From an uncultured Candidatus Saccharibacteria bacterium (lineage in GTDB: Bacteria; Patescibacteriota; Doudnabacteria; UBA920; 2-01-FULL-46-14), in contig CAZMCQ010000003.1 of assembly GCA_964565195.1 (NCBI GenBank), positions 24,080 through 88,079 of the forward strand: 64,000 nt of DNA, read 5' to 3'. The first letter of the stretch is position 1. Every line of letters starts with the position of its first letter. The notes beneath the pieces were generated by a model. That model saw nothing but the letters and a program-made list of their open reading frames with translations, was not told the origin of the DNA and made no database searches. Below are positions 52,596 to 63,057 of the stretch, piece after piece. The position numbers and the translations under genes were made by a program.

Positions 52596-55178
52596 ATGGC
52601 TTTATTCGGTAAATTGTTTGGCTTTCAAAATCCAGTCGAGACCACAAAACCGATCGTTGGAAAGATCAACTCGCTTGAAAGGGAATTCGAGCAGCTTTCG
52701 CGCGAGCAGTTACAGACAAAGACGCATAAGTGGCAAGGGGAATTGAATGGCAAAGAGTGGCAGGGGCAGAACGAGTATTTAGAAAATATTCTTCCTGAAG
52801 CTTTTGCCGCGGTGCGCGAGGCGGCGAAGCGCACGCTCGGGCAGCGGCATTTTGACGTGCAGCTCGTGGGCGGAATGATGCTCCACCGCGGCAAGATCGC
52901 GGAGATGAAAACCGGGGAAGGCAAGACTCTGGCCGCGACCACGGCGGTCTATTTGAATGCGCTGGCCGGCCGCGGCGTACATATCATAACCGTGAACGAT
53001 TATCTGTCCCGTCGCGACGCCTCGTGGATGGGGCAGATTTACCATTATTTAGGATTGTCCACAGCCGCCATTCAGCATGAGCAGTCGTTTATTTACAGTG
53101 AGCAAGATGAGAAGGATGAGGTGATTACCGAGGAAGAATCGCAAGGTGTCCAGATTGACGTGAAAAATCTTGTGCCCTGTTCGCGGCGCGAGGCCTATGC
53201 GGCGGACATTCTCTATGGCACGAACAATGAGTTCGGGTTTGACTACCTGCGGGACAATATGGCGCGCTCGCCCAGTGAGCTTGTGCAGCGCGATCTGCAC
53301 TATGCGATCGTGGACGAGGTGGATTCAATCTTGATTGACGAGGCGCGGACGCCGCTCATTATTTCTGCGCCGGATGTGGAGAGCACGGATCTCTATCGCG
53401 AGTTTGCCGGTTTTGCCAAAACTCTGGCGCCAGAGGATTATGTTTTGGAGGAAAAGCACCGGCAGGTGAATTTCTCTGAACAGGGCTATGAGAAGCTCGA
53501 AAAAAAATATGGCGTGGAGATTTACAGCGACATCAAGCTTCGCCACCACGCAGACTCGGCCTTGCGCGCCCAGACTTTGTTCCAGAAAGACAAGCAGTAT
53601 GTCGTGCGCGGCGATGAGATCGTCATTGTGGACGAATTTACAGGCCGGCTCATGCCCGGGCGCCGCTACTCCGAAGGGCTGCACCAGGCCATCGAGGCCA
53701 AAGAGGGGGTGCGCGTGCAGCCGGAATCCAAAACCCTTGCCACCATCACTTTCCAGAATTATTTTCGGCTTTATCAAAAGCTGGCCGGGATGACTGGCAC
53801 GGCCATGACCGAGGCCGAAGAGTTTCACAAAATTTACAAACTCGATGTGGTGGAGATCCCGACGCACCGCCCGATGATTCGCGCGGATCTGCAGGACAGC
53901 GTCTATAAGACCGAGGCCGGGAAGTTTCGCGCCATTGTGGCCGAGATAAAACGCCGCCATGAAGCCGGGCAGCCGCTGCTCGTCGGCACGATCTCAATAG
54001 AAAGGAATGAGCATCTTTCAGAGCTTCTCAAAAAAGCCGGAGTCAGACATGAGATATTGAACGCAAAAAACCATGAACGCGAGGCGCACATCATCGCGCA
54101 GGCCGGCCGCGCGGGCGCCGTGACGCTCGCGACAAATATTGCCGGCCGCGGCGTGGATATCATTTTGGGCGGCAACCCGCCGGCGTCGGAGGAGGCCGAG
54201 AAAGTAAAAAATGCCGGCGGGCTGCACGTGCTCGGCACCGAGCGGCACGAGGCGCGGCGGATTGACAATCAGCTGCGCGGGCGATCAGGCCGGCAGGGCG
54301 ACCCCGGCTCATCGCAATTTTTTATCTCGCTCGAGGACGAACTGATGCGCCTTTTCGGCGGGGATCGCGTCAGGCGAATGATGGATACGCTCAATGTGCC
54401 GGAAGACGAACCCATTGAGCACGGGCTGGTCAGCAAAGCCATTGAGAGCGCGCAAAAAAAGATTGAAGGATTTAACTTTGATACGAGAAAGCATGTCTTG
54501 GAATATGACGATGTTTTAAACAAGCAGCGCGAGGTGATCTATGGCCGCCGTCGGAAGATTATGCGCGGAGAAGTGGATCTGCAAGAGCAAATTCTGGAAA
54601 AGATTAGAGACGAAATCGAGGAAATTGTCGGCAGTGAGGCAGAGGACAAGGCGGTGTTGGAACAGCTGAATACGATTTTTCCGATTTCCGATTTCCGGCC
54701 TCCGCCAGACCGCTCCTTGTGGATAAATGATTTGACAGGCGCGGCAAAACGAAGCTACGAGGAGAGGAAGCAAAAATTAACAGCCCCGATCTTGCGGGAA
54801 ATTGAGAAAATTATCACCCTCCAGGCCATTGATAATTTCTGGATGGAGCACCTCGACACTATGGACCACCTCCGGCAGTCCGTGCGCCTGCGCGGCTATG
54901 CGCAGAAAGACCCGCTCGTGGAATACAAGCAGGACGGCATCCGGCTGTTCGAGCGGATGCTCAAGGAAATTGACAAAACAATCGTGTACACGATTTACAA
55001 AGTGGAAGTTCGGCCGCAGAGTGAATCAATTTCTAAATTCTCGGCCTCGAAAATAGAAACTGATGAAAAAATTGGAAGGAACGCCCCCTGCCCCTGCGGA
55101 GCGATTAATCCGAGAACAGGTAAGGTGTACAAATATAAACATTGCGGCTTAATCAACGCGCCATATCACCAGAAATAA
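52596..55178 (+). CDS. secA: preprotein translocase subunit SecA
   Basis: MKTGEGKT, DEVD, RIDNQLRGRSGRQGDPG; SEC-C tail with insertion. Confidence 0.98.
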   Translation: MALFGKLFGFQNPVETTKPIVGKINSLEREFEQLSREQLQTKTHKWQGELNGKEWQGQNEYLENILPEAFAAVREAAKRTLGQRHFDVQLVGGMMLHRGKIAEMKTGEGKTLAATTAVYLNALAGRGVHIITVNDYLSRRDASWMGQIYHYLGLSTAAIQHEQSFIYSEQDEKDEVITEEESQGVQIDVKNLVPCSRREAYAADILYGTNNEFGFDYLRDNMARSPSELVQRDLHYAIVDEVDSILIDEARTPLIISAPDVESTDLYREFAGFAKTLAPEDYVLEEKHRQVNFSEQGYEKLEKKYGVEIYSDIKLRHHADSALRAQTLFQKDKQYVVRGDEIVIVDEFTGRLMPGRRYSEGLHQAIEAKEGVRVQPESKTLATITFQNYFRLYQKLAGMTGTAMTEAEEFHKIYKLDVVEIPTHRPMIRADLQDSVYKTEAGKFRAIVAEIKRRHEAGQPLLVGTISIERNEHLSELLKKAGVRHEILNAKNHEREAHIIAQAGRAGAVTLATNIAGRGVDIILGGNPPASEEAEKVKNAGGLHVLGTERHEARRIDNQLRGRSGRQGDPGSSQFFISLEDELMRLFGGDRVRRMMDTLNVPEDEPIEHGLVSKAIESAQKKIEGFNFDTRKHVLEYDDVLNKQREVIYGRRRKIMRGEVDLQEQILEKIRDEIEEIVGSEAEDKAVLEQLNTIFPISDFRPPPDRSLWINDLTGAAKRSYEERKQKLTAPILREIEKIITLQAIDNFWMEHLDTMDHLRQSVRLRGYAQKDPLVEYKQDGIRLFERMLKEIDKTIVYTIYKVEVRPQSESISKFSASKIETDEKIGRNAPCPCGAINPRTGKVYKYKHCGLINAPYHQK

Positions 55179-55249
55179 AGCAGAGTCCGCCAAAGCTTTG
55201 AACTTGCGAAGAAAGGACGGAATTTGCTAGGATATTGGTAAATCCTGCG

Positions 55250-56524
55250 ATGCTGAAAACGCAAATTTACGTAAAATTTGGGGTCATCATTATACTGGCG
55301 GTGGTCGCCGGTTTTATTGTTGCCGACAAATTTGATCTCGTGAGGGTCCCATGGAAATTTCCCTTTCGTTTAGGGTTGGATCTTCAGGGCGGCACGCATC
55401 TCGTCTACGAGGGCAATCTTGAGAAAATTCCATCTGGCGACCGTGATGACGCCATGGCTTCCGTGCGCGAAGTGATCGAACGCCGGGTCAATGCCTTCGG
55501 CGTTACCGAGCCGGTCGTGCAGGTTGCTGGCAATGACCGCTTAATCGTCGAACTACCAGGGATCAGGGATGTGCAGGGCGCGATCCGCCAGATCGGCCTC
55601 ACCCCCTTTTTGGAATTCCGCGAGCTTGACCCGGGTTATGCGGCGCCGGACGATCCGGAGCAAATTGACCCCGGCAAGCAATTTAAACCCACCGGGCTTT
55701 CCGGCAAGCAGCTGAAAAAAGCCGAAATCATCTTTGACCAGCAAACCGGCAGTCCGCAGATTTCCCTGCAGTTCAACGACGAGGGCAAGACTTTATTTGC
55801 GGAGCTGACGGCACGCAACGTTGGCAAACCGGTCGCCATATTTCTCGATGGAGCCATTATCTCCGCGCCGACTGTCCAGCAGGAAATCACGGCCGGCAGC
55901 GCCGTTATTACGGGGAACTTCACGATTGATGAAGCCAAACAGCTCGCCGAGCGCCTCAACGCCGGCGCGTTGCCGGTGCCGATCCGGCTTTTGGAGCAGA
56001 AAACTATCGGGCCCAGCTTGGGCCAGGTTTCTGTGGAAAAAAGCGTTCTGGCTGGTCTGATCGGCTTTGTTGCCGTGGCCCTGTTTATGATCGCTTTTTA
56101 CCGTTGGCCGGGCCTGCTCGCCGTGCTGGCGCTTTGCGTTTATGTGCTGGTCACACTGGCAATCTTCAAGCTCATTCCCGTAACCCTGACCTTGGCCGGC
56201 ATCGCCGGATTTATCCTGTCCGTCGGTATGGCCGTGGATGCGAACATTCTCATTTTCGAGCGGACCCGCGAGGAGCTGCGCGCGGGGCTTGCCCCGGAAC
56301 GCGCCCTGGCCGAAGGATTCCGGCGCGCCTGGTCGTCCATTCGCGATTCCAATGTCTCTTCGCTCATCACCGTCCTCATCCTCGCGTATTTCGGCGCGAG
56401 TCTCATCCGCGGTTTTGCCCTGACCCTGGGGATCGGGATTGTCGTCTCGATGTTCACGGCCATTATTGTGACCCGGACATTTTTGCAGCTCACAAACGCC
56501 TTCCGGAACAAACGCCATGATTAG
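55250..56524 (+). CDS. secD: protein translocase subunit SecD
   Basis: LGLDLQGG, AGALP and GMAVDAN motifs. Confidence 0.96.
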   Translation: MLKTQIYVKFGVIIILAVVAGFIVADKFDLVRVPWKFPFRLGLDLQGGTHLVYEGNLEKIPSGDRDDAMASVREVIERRVNAFGVTEPVVQVAGNDRLIVELPGIRDVQGAIRQIGLTPFLEFRELDPGYAAPDDPEQIDPGKQFKPTGLSGKQLKKAEIIFDQQTGSPQISLQFNDEGKTLFAELTARNVGKPVAIFLDGAIISAPTVQQEITAGSAVITGNFTIDEAKQLAERLNAGALPVPIRLLEQKTIGPSLGQVSVEKSVLAGLIGFVAVALFMIAFYRWPGLLAVLALCVYVLVTLAIFKLIPVTLTLAGIAGFILSVGMAVDANILIFERTREELRAGLAPERALAEGFRRAWSSIRDSNVSSLITVLILAYFGASLIRGFALTLGIGIVVSMFTAIIVTRTFLQLTNAFRNKRHD

Positions 56525-57416
56525 CGTCACCCGTCATTATAAAATCTGGTTCTCCATTTCCGCATTTTTTATCGGCGCTTCAATAATCGCGATCGCGCTT
56601 TGGGGACTTGCGCCCGGCATTGATTTCCGCGGCGGAGTCCAGGCGGAACTTACTTTTGAGAGGGAGGTTAACTCGCAGCAGATTACGGAAGAGCTGCAAA
56701 CGGCCGGCTTCACCGGCGTGGTGGTTCAACCGGTCGGGGAGCGGGGGACGCTCATCAAAAGCGCGGCTCTTGACGAAGCGCGGCTGGCGAAGCTCAAAGA
56801 CACTCTCCAGACTAAATTTGGCGGATTCGAAGAGATCAGTTTTGAATCCATCGGGCCGTCCATTGGCCGTGAACTTACCACGCGCGCTTACTGGCAGGTG
56901 ATCCTCGTGGTGCTCGGCATCGTGTTTTATATCGCGTACGCGTTTCGCAAAATTGGGCAGTTGGCCCAAAACGCAAAAATTGCGGCCTGGCACCTCGGGA
57001 TGGCAACGATCGTCGCGCTGATTCATGACATTATCATTCCGCTCGGCCTGTTCGCCATCCTGGGCAAATATCGCGCGGTCGAAGTGGACGGTTTGTTTAT
57101 TACCGCGCTGCTCACGATCCTTGGCTTTTCCGTGCACGACACCATCGTGGTTTTCGACCGGATCCGCGAGAATCTGCAAAAATATCCGCACAAGCATCTG
57201 GCCACGCTCATTGACTATTCCGTCAACTCCACTCTGGCGCGGTCAATCAATACCTCCTCAACGCTGATCTTTGTGCTCATTGCCATGCTGCTCTTTGGCG
57301 GCCAGACAATTTTTTATTTCGTACTGGCGCTTTTGGTCGGCGTAACCTTTGGCACCTATTCTTCCATTTTCATCGCCAGCCCGATTTTGTACCTTTGGCA
57401 TAGAAACAAAACTTGA
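56517..57416 (+). CDS. secF: protein translocase subunit SecF
   Basis: [18 protein letters not shown] and GTYSSIF motifs. Confidence 0.96.
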   Translation: MISVTRHYKIWFSISAFFIGASIIAIALWGLAPGIDFRGGVQAELTFEREVNSQQITEELQTAGFTGVVVQPVGERGTLIKSAALDEARLAKLKDTLQTKFGGFEEISFESIGPSIGRELTTRAYWQVILVVLGIVFYIAYAFRKIGQLAQNAKIAAWHLGMATIVALIHDIIIPLGLFAILGKYRAVEVDGLFITALLTILGFSVHDTIVVFDRIRENLQKYPHKHLATLIDYSVNSTLARSINTSSTLIFVLIAMLLFGGQTIFYFVLALLVGVTFGTYSSIFIASPILYLWHRNKT

Positions 57417-57453
57417 CAATCAGAAGATTTTATGCTATAGTAGTCTGGCAATT

Positions 57454-58518
57454 ATGTCAGACGGAATTTTGGATGCTTTCATCGGCTCGCAGCAGACTGC
57501 GGCGCTGCAGAATTTCAACCCCCAGTCACTGGTCTTGAGCGAGTTGAATCGCCTCTCCCCGCGAGAGCGCGAGGTACTGGTGGCCCGCCACGGCCTTTCG
57601 GACGGCGTCCCGCAGACGCTGGAACGCATCGGCCGGGAGATGAGTTTGACGCGGGAACGGATTCGCCAGATCGAAAAGGACGCCATGCGCAAGCTCTCCG
57701 CCCTGCCTTATTCGGCTGAACTCGACCGGGGCCTCGAGCTTATTTTTCAGATTATCGAGGAGCACGGCAATATCCTAAGAGAGGACCGGCTGCTCGAGAT
57801 CCTCGCCCCGCAGCCCTCCGCAGTGTCGCAACAGGCCATTTTGTTTATGCTCGCGCTGGGCAATCGTTTCGTGGCCCGCAAGGAGACCCCCGCGGAGCAG
57901 GCGAGTTGGTCTTTAAACTCTTTTGATCCGGAGCTTGGCGCGCAGATTCTCGCGAGCGCCATCGCGACGCTGGAGCGGGCCGGCAAACCGCTGCCGCCCG
58001 AGGAGCTAGAGGCAGAAGATCATTCCGGGCTGCCGCTGCCGGCCCTGGAAAGCATGCTGGGGGTCTCGAAAAAGGTGCACAAAAACCCGTTCGGCTTGTG
58101 GGGGCTTTCGCGCTGGGCGGAGATCACGCCCAAAGACGTGGGCGACAAAGCCTATCTCATTTTGAAACACCACGGCCAGCCCGAGCACTATGCGCGCATT
58201 ACCGAGCTCATCAACAAACAGAAATTTGACAGCCGCACCGCGCACAAAGAGACCGTGCATAACGAGCTGATCCGCGATGACCGGTTCGTTCTGGTGGGGC
58301 GGGGGATCTATGGTCTGGCCGAGTGGGGCTACAAAAAGGGCGTGGTCGCGGAGATCATCCGCGAAATACTGCAGCAGGCCGCGCGGCCGCTTTCCAAAGC
58401 GGAAATCATCGAAGCGGTTTCGAAACAAAGACTGGTGAAAAAAAATACCATCATCGTCGGGTTGTCTAACAAAAAAAATTTTCGCAAAACTGAAGACAGC
58501 AAATACGTAAATGTTTAA
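57454..58518 (+). CDS. sigma region-4 HTH fused to HARE/RNAP-delta-like winged helices
   Basis: [16 protein letters not shown] and [21 protein letters not shown] motifs; promoter TTGACA(57413)-17 nt-TATAGT(57436). Confidence 0.82.
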   Translation: MSDGILDAFIGSQQTAALQNFNPQSLVLSELNRLSPREREVLVARHGLSDGVPQTLERIGREMSLTRERIRQIEKDAMRKLSALPYSAELDRGLELIFQIIEEHGNILREDRLLEILAPQPSAVSQQAILFMLALGNRFVARKETPAEQASWSLNSFDPELGAQILASAIATLERAGKPLPPEELEAEDHSGLPLPALESMLGVSKKVHKNPFGLWGLSRWAEITPKDVGDKAYLILKHHGQPEHYARITELINKQKFDSRTAHKETVHNELIRDDRFVLVGRGIYGLAEWGYKKGVVAEIIREILQQAARPLSKAEIIEAVSKQRLVKKNTIIVGLSNKKNFRKTEDSKYVNV

Positions 58519-59812
58519 CGACTTCGTCGAGCTTTTCCGTCTGATCCGGACCATCTTCTTTGATTACTATGGGTGGGTATTTTTCGTGTACGCGCTGGGG
58601 CAGATGTTTTATCTGCTGTATATGGATTATATTCAGCTTCGCTGGTACAGCACGCTGGAGTGGAATTTCGTCAAAGTGGCCGTGCCGCGCGAAAACGAGA
58701 AAAGCCCGATCACTTTCGAGCATATTCTAAACCAGATGCATTCGGTGCACGGCCACCTCACCCCTGCCGAGAAGTACCTGGAGGGAGAGTTTCATATCTG
58801 GTTTGTCTGGGAAGTGACGAGCATCGGCGGAGAGATCGGCAACTACGTGCGCGTTCTGAAGAAACATCGCGACCTCTTGGAAGCCGCCGTTTACTCGCAA
58901 TTTCCGGAAGCCGAAATCACGGATGTGCCGGATTATTTCGAATCCCTGCCGAAATATCATACCGACACCTCGAGCTTTGACATTTTTGCTTTCAGCTTCC
59001 GCTACGTCAAAGCGCCGTATTATCCGATGCGCACCTACTACGATTTTGAGCACGCGGCCGCGGAAACCATCGTTGATCCGATTACCGGGATGTGGGAAGA
59101 GCTGGGCAAACTTTCGCCTTACGAGATGTATATCGTCCAGTTTGTGCTGCGGCCCATAAGCGACGAGGAGTGGAAGGAGGAGGGGCGCGAACTCGTGCAG
59201 AAACTGAAGGGCGTGCCGCAAAAGCACAAGCGCAATCTTCTTCTGGCCGTGCTTAACGCGGTTTTTGGGACAATTATTGACGAAGTTTTCATCCGGCCTG
59301 AAACCGAGCACCCCCGGCCGCCGAAAGAACAACCGCCGAGTTTGATGCTCCATCTCTCGGAAGGGGAGAAGGATGTCATCAACGCCGTGGAGAAGAAAAT
59401 GGGCCGTTGGGGCTACCAAACCAAGATTCACTGTCTCTATATCGCGCCGCGCGAGAAATATAATCCGGGCGTGATCAACGGCGCTGTGGTCGGCGCGTTC
59501 AAGGCCTACGGTTCGGGCAATATAAATGCATTAAAGCCGCTCCTGCGCCGCTGGACCAAGGTGCATTACTGGGTCCTCCAGAAGTGGGAAAAACCGATCG
59601 TGGAACTGCGCCTGAAATTCCGCAAACGCAAATATATGCGCCTCATCCGCACGCGCTGGTATTTTCACGGGCCGCCGCCGAACATTATGAGCACCGAGGA
59701 GATCGCCAGCGTTTTGCACTTCCCGCAGATCGAGGTGACGGTGCCCAATATCGCCAAAGTGGCGGTGGCGAAAGTGCAGCCGCCGCCGGAACTGCCGGTC
59801 GCGGAGCCCTAA
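58511..59812 (+). CDS. conserved hypothetical membrane protein preceding VirD4-like ATPase
   Basis: N-terminal [11 protein letters not shown] and [10 protein letters not shown] segments. Confidence 0.75.
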   Translation: MFNDFVELFRLIRTIFFDYYGWVFFVYALGQMFYLLYMDYIQLRWYSTLEWNFVKVAVPRENEKSPITFEHILNQMHSVHGHLTPAEKYLEGEFHIWFVWEVTSIGGEIGNYVRVLKKHRDLLEAAVYSQFPEAEITDVPDYFESLPKYHTDTSSFDIFAFSFRYVKAPYYPMRTYYDFEHAAAETIVDPITGMWEELGKLSPYEMYIVQFVLRPISDEEWKEEGRELVQKLKGVPQKHKRNLLLAVLNAVFGTIIDEVFIRPETEHPRPPKEQPPSLMLHLSEGEKDVINAVEKKMGRWGYQTKIHCLYIAPREKYNPGVINGAVVGAFKAYGSGNINALKPLLRRWTKVHYWVLQKWEKPIVELRLKFRKRKYMRLIRTRWYFHGPPPNIMSTEEIASVLHFPQIEVTVPNIAKVAVAKVQPPPELPVAEP

Positions 59813-59816
59813 ATTT

Positions 59817-61499
59817 ATGGAAAATCTGAAAGAAAAAATCAATGTTTTTGCCCGGACCAACTTCCGCAATAAGGAAGTCGCTTTTGGGATTAAGGCTGAC
59901 GACCGGCGGCGGCACGTCTACATCATCGGCAAGACCGGTATGGGCAAGACCACGATGATTGAAAACATGATCGTGCAGGACATTCTGGCTGGTAATGGCG
60001 TCGCGTTCGTGGATCCGCACGGCGAGGCCGTGGAAAAGATTTTGAATTATATTCCTTCGAGTCGGGTCAATGACGTGGTTTATTTCAACCCCGCGGACCT
60101 CGAATACCCGATCGCCTTCAACCCGCTGGAGTCCGTGGACCCGAAATACAAGCACCTCGTCGCCTCTGGCCTGATGGGGGTGTTCACAAAGATTTGGGAA
60201 AATGTCTGGAGCGCGCGGATGGAGTACATTCTGAACAACACGATTCTGGCGCTCCTCGACACGCCCGGCAACACCATGCTGGGGATTGCGCGTATGCTGG
60301 TGGACAAGAAATTCCGCGCCAAAATCGTGGGGAATATCCGCGATCCGATCGTGAAATCCTTCTGGGTGGATGAGTTTGCCAACTACAATGACAAGTTCCG
60401 CAACGAGGCCATCGCGCCGATTCAGAACAAAGTCGGCCAATTTCTTTCCTCGGCCATCATCCGCAATGTGGTTGGCCAGACGAAGAGCACGATTGACCTG
60501 CGCGAGATCATGGACGAGAAGAAAATTCTGCTTATCAATTTGTCCAAAGGCCGCATCGGCGAGGACAACTCGCGGCTGTTGGGCGCGATGTTCATCACCA
60601 AGCTGCAGCTCGCGGCCATGAGCCGCGTGGATATTCCGGAAGAAGAGCGGCGCGATTTCTATCTCTATGTGGATGAATTTCAGAATTTTGCCACCGAGTC
60701 GTTCGCCGCGATTCTCTCGGAAGCCAGAAAATACCGGCTTTCCCTCATCATCGCGCACCAGTACATCGAACAGCTTGACGAAAAAGTTGCGGCCGCGGTG
60801 TTCGGCAACGTCGGCACCATGATTTTGTTCCGGATCGGCGCGACCGACGCCGAGGCGCTGGAGAGTGAATTTGACCCGACCTTTACCCCGATCGACATGG
60901 TGAATCTGTCGAAGTATCATATTTATCTGAAGCTAATGATCAACGGCACCGCCTCGCAGCCGTTCAGCGCGGTCACGCTGCCGCCGCTCGCGGAAAAAAC
61001 CGGCAATGTGGAGAAAGTCATCCGCGTCTCGCGCGAGCGCTATGCCAATCCAAAAGAGGAGATCGAGGAGAAAATCACGCGCTGGATGGGTCAGGAGTAC
61101 CACAAGGACGCCGCGCATCAGGAGCTGACCGAAGAGGAAGAGGAGCGCGGCGGCGTGATTTTCACGGGGAAGACGGATAAGGAAGAAGTGAAATCCCCGG
61201 CGCCAGTTCCTAAACCCTCGCCCGTTCCACCGGCAAAAATTCCTGAAAGAAAGCCGGCGGCCAACCTTATCTGGGACAAGGTCGCCACCGAGTCGCAGAA
61301 AAAAACGGATGAGGCCGTGAAAAAAATTTCCAAATCCCTCGTCTTCCGCTTCGGGGACAAAAAGGAAGAAAAACCAGAAACCAAATCCGCCCCCTCCCCT
61401 TTACCCCCTCCCACTGGCCCCGGACGGAGCGTCGGGGCTGGTGGGGAGGGGAAGGGAGGGGGGAAGGCCCTCCGCCCTGGCGAGACGGCAAGATTTTAG
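59817..61499 (+). CDS. VirD4/TraD/HerA-like P-loop ATPase
   Basis: GKTGMGKT, DPHGE, YVDEFQNF and SEARKY..AHQY motifs. Confidence 0.88.
   Translation: MENLKEKINVFARTNFRNKEVAFGIKADDRRRHVYIIGKTGMGKTTMIENMIVQDILAGNGVAFVDPHGEAVEKILNYIPSSRVNDVVYFNPADLEYPIAFNPLESVDPKYKHLVASGLMGVFTKIWENVWSARMEYILNNTILALLDTPGNTMLGIARMLVDKKFRAKIVGNIRDPIVKSFWVDEFANYNDKFRNEAIAPIQNKVGQFLSSAIIRNVVGQTKSTIDLREIMDEKKILLINLSKGRIGEDNSRLLGAMFITKLQLAAMSRVDIPEEERRDFYLYVDEFQNFATESFAAILSEARKYRLSLIIAHQYIEQLDEKVAAAVFGNVGTMILFRIGATDAEALESEFDPTFTPIDMVNLSKYHIYLKLMINGTASQPFSAVTLPPLAEKTGNVEKVIRVSRERYANPKEEIEEKITRWMGQEYHKDAAHQELTEEEEERGGVIFTGKTDKEEVKSPAPVPKPSPVPPAKIPERKPAANLIWDKVATESQKKTDEAVKKISKSLVFRFGDKKEEKPETKSAPSPLPPPTGPGRSVGAGGEGKGGGKALRPGETARF
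61390..61463. repeat. family B element in frame in the ATPase tail, with nested GCCCCG..CGGGGC hairpin
   Basis: Encodes PSPLPPPTGPGRSVGAGGEGKGGG. Confidence 0.75.
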
Positions 61500-61519
61500 G
61501 TAATATAATCTACGATTTA

Positions 61520-61605
61520 ACCTTTCCTTGCGAGGGAGGATGCCCCACAAGGGGCTGGAGGGGTAGAAAACCCCTCTCCAACTCTCCCCTCGTCAGGGGA
61601 GAGAG
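61520..61605. repeat. family B elements, intergenic
   Basis: CCCCTCTCCAACTCTCCCCTCGTCAGGGGAGAG plus upstream partner. Confidence 0.7.
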
Positions 61606-61623
61606 CTATAAGGATAATTACTC

Positions 61624-62769
61624 ATGAAGAAGGTTTTGGTGGCAATGTCTGGTGGCGTAGATTCGTCGGTCGCAGCCGCGCTGCTCAAAACGCAGGGGTA
61701 TTTCGTCGCGGGCGCGTACATGAAAAATTTCAGCCCCGAGGCGTGGCAGGGTGTGATTGCCAGCGAGTGCCCCTGGGAGCAGGATGTGGCGGACGCGGAA
61801 GGGGTCTGTAACAAGCTCGGCATCGAGTTTCGGTCATTTAATTTCGAGCGGGAATATAAAGAAAAGGTCATCGAGTATTTTTTCCGCGAGTACGCCGCCG
61901 GCCGCACGCCCAATCCGGACGTGATGTGCAACCGGGAGATCAAATTCGGCCTGTTTCTAAACAAAGCGCTGGAGCTGGAATTTGATTACATCGCGACGGG
62001 ACACTATGCAAGGGTTCGACCTCTCCCCCAACCCCTCCCCAGGCCTGGGGAGGGTGGCCGGAGGTCGGGAGAGGTCGCAGGCTTTGAATTATCGAAAGGT
62101 ATTGATTCCAACAAAGATCAATCCTACTTTCTCTACCAGCTAAATCAGTTCCAACTTTCGCATTCTCTTTTTCCCATTGGCGGATACACCAAGCCGCAGG
62201 TCAGAGCATTGGCTCGCAAATTTGGGCTGCCCAATGCCCAGAAAAAAGACTCGCAGGGGCTGTGCTTTGTGGGACATATTAATCTGGCAGAATTCTTGAA
62301 GCAGCGGATCCCGGAACGGGAAGGGGAGTTGGTCACAACCACCGGCGAAGTGATCGGCACGCACCACGGCGCGGCTTACTATACCATCGGCCAGCGGCAG
62401 GGCCTCGGCGTCGGCGGCGGCGTGCCTTATTATGTCGCACAAAAAGACGTTGCGGCAAACTATGTCATAGTGTCCGAGGGCAAAAAAGACGATCGGCTTT
62501 ATGCAAAAGAAATCCGATTGCGCGACATTCACTGGCTTGTATCAGAAAATGACGGCCGTCCAAATCGTATACAATGCAAAGCGAAGATTCGTTATCACCA
62601 GGAGGACCAGGAGTGCGAGGTCATTTCTCCCCCTGTCCGAGGGGGAGAGCAAGAGGGGGTGGGAGAATTGATCGTGAAATTCACCAACCCCCAGTTCGCC
62701 CGAGCTCCCGGCCAATCAGTCGTGTTTTATGACGGGAGAAAAGTTCTGGGCGGTGGTATAATTCAATAA
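61624..62769 (+). CDS. mnmA: tRNA-specific 2-thiouridylase
   Basis: SGGVDS, TPNPDVMCN, TGHY, DQSYF, DSQGLCF and PGQ motifs. Confidence 0.97.
   Translation: MKKVLVAMSGGVDSSVAAALLKTQGYFVAGAYMKNFSPEAWQGVIASECPWEQDVADAEGVCNKLGIEFRSFNFEREYKEKVIEYFFREYAAGRTPNPDVMCNREIKFGLFLNKALELEFDYIATGHYARVRPLPQPLPRPGEGGRRSGEVAGFELSKGIDSNKDQSYFLYQLNQFQLSHSLFPIGGYTKPQVRALARKFGLPNAQKKDSQGLCFVGHINLAEFLKQRIPEREGELVTTTGEVIGTHHGAAYYTIGQRQGLGVGGGVPYYVAQKDVAANYVIVSEGKKDDRLYAKEIRLRDIHWLVSENDGRPNRIQCKAKIRYHQEDQECEVISPPVRGGEQEGVGELIVKFTNPQFARAPGQSVVFYDGRKVLGGGIIQ
62017..62077. repeat. family B element in frame in mnmA (first)
   Basis: CGACCTCTCCC...GGGAGAGGTCG; encodes RPLPQPLPRPGEGGRRSGEV. Confidence 0.82.
62626..62663. 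repeat. family B element in frame in mnmA (second)
   Basis: TCTCCCCCTGTCCGAGGGGGAGAGCAAGAGGGGGT; encodes SPPVRGGEQEGVG. Confidence 0.78.
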
Positions 62770-62786
62770 AGCAAGAAGGAGGGCTT

Positions 62787-62933
62787 ATGCTCGTGCTATT
62801 CGATCGCAGGCGCAAAACGCGCTTTGGAGTTCGGGTAATGGTCATTTTTGGAATCGCCACGCTCCTCGCGATGATCGCGAGCTGGAAGATTGTGGAGTTC
62901 TATTACCGCAGGTTAGCCCCCCAGCGCGGCTAA
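62787..62933 (+). CDS. 48-aa single-TM protein
   Basis: SD AAGGAGG; MLVLFDRRRKTRFGVRVMVIFGIATLLAMIASWKIVEFYYRRLAPQRG. Confidence 0.55.
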   Translation: MLVLFDRRRKTRFGVRVMVIFGIATLLAMIASWKIVEFYYRRLAPQRG

Positions 62934-63057
62934 AAAATTAGCATTGACAAAACCGCTAGTCTGTGCTAAGATTAGCGGTTTTAATATGGCTGGGCATTGT
63001 GCTTTCAGCGTATTAAAAAGCTCTTCGCAATCTCCAGGCCTAAGGAGGGCCAAAAAT

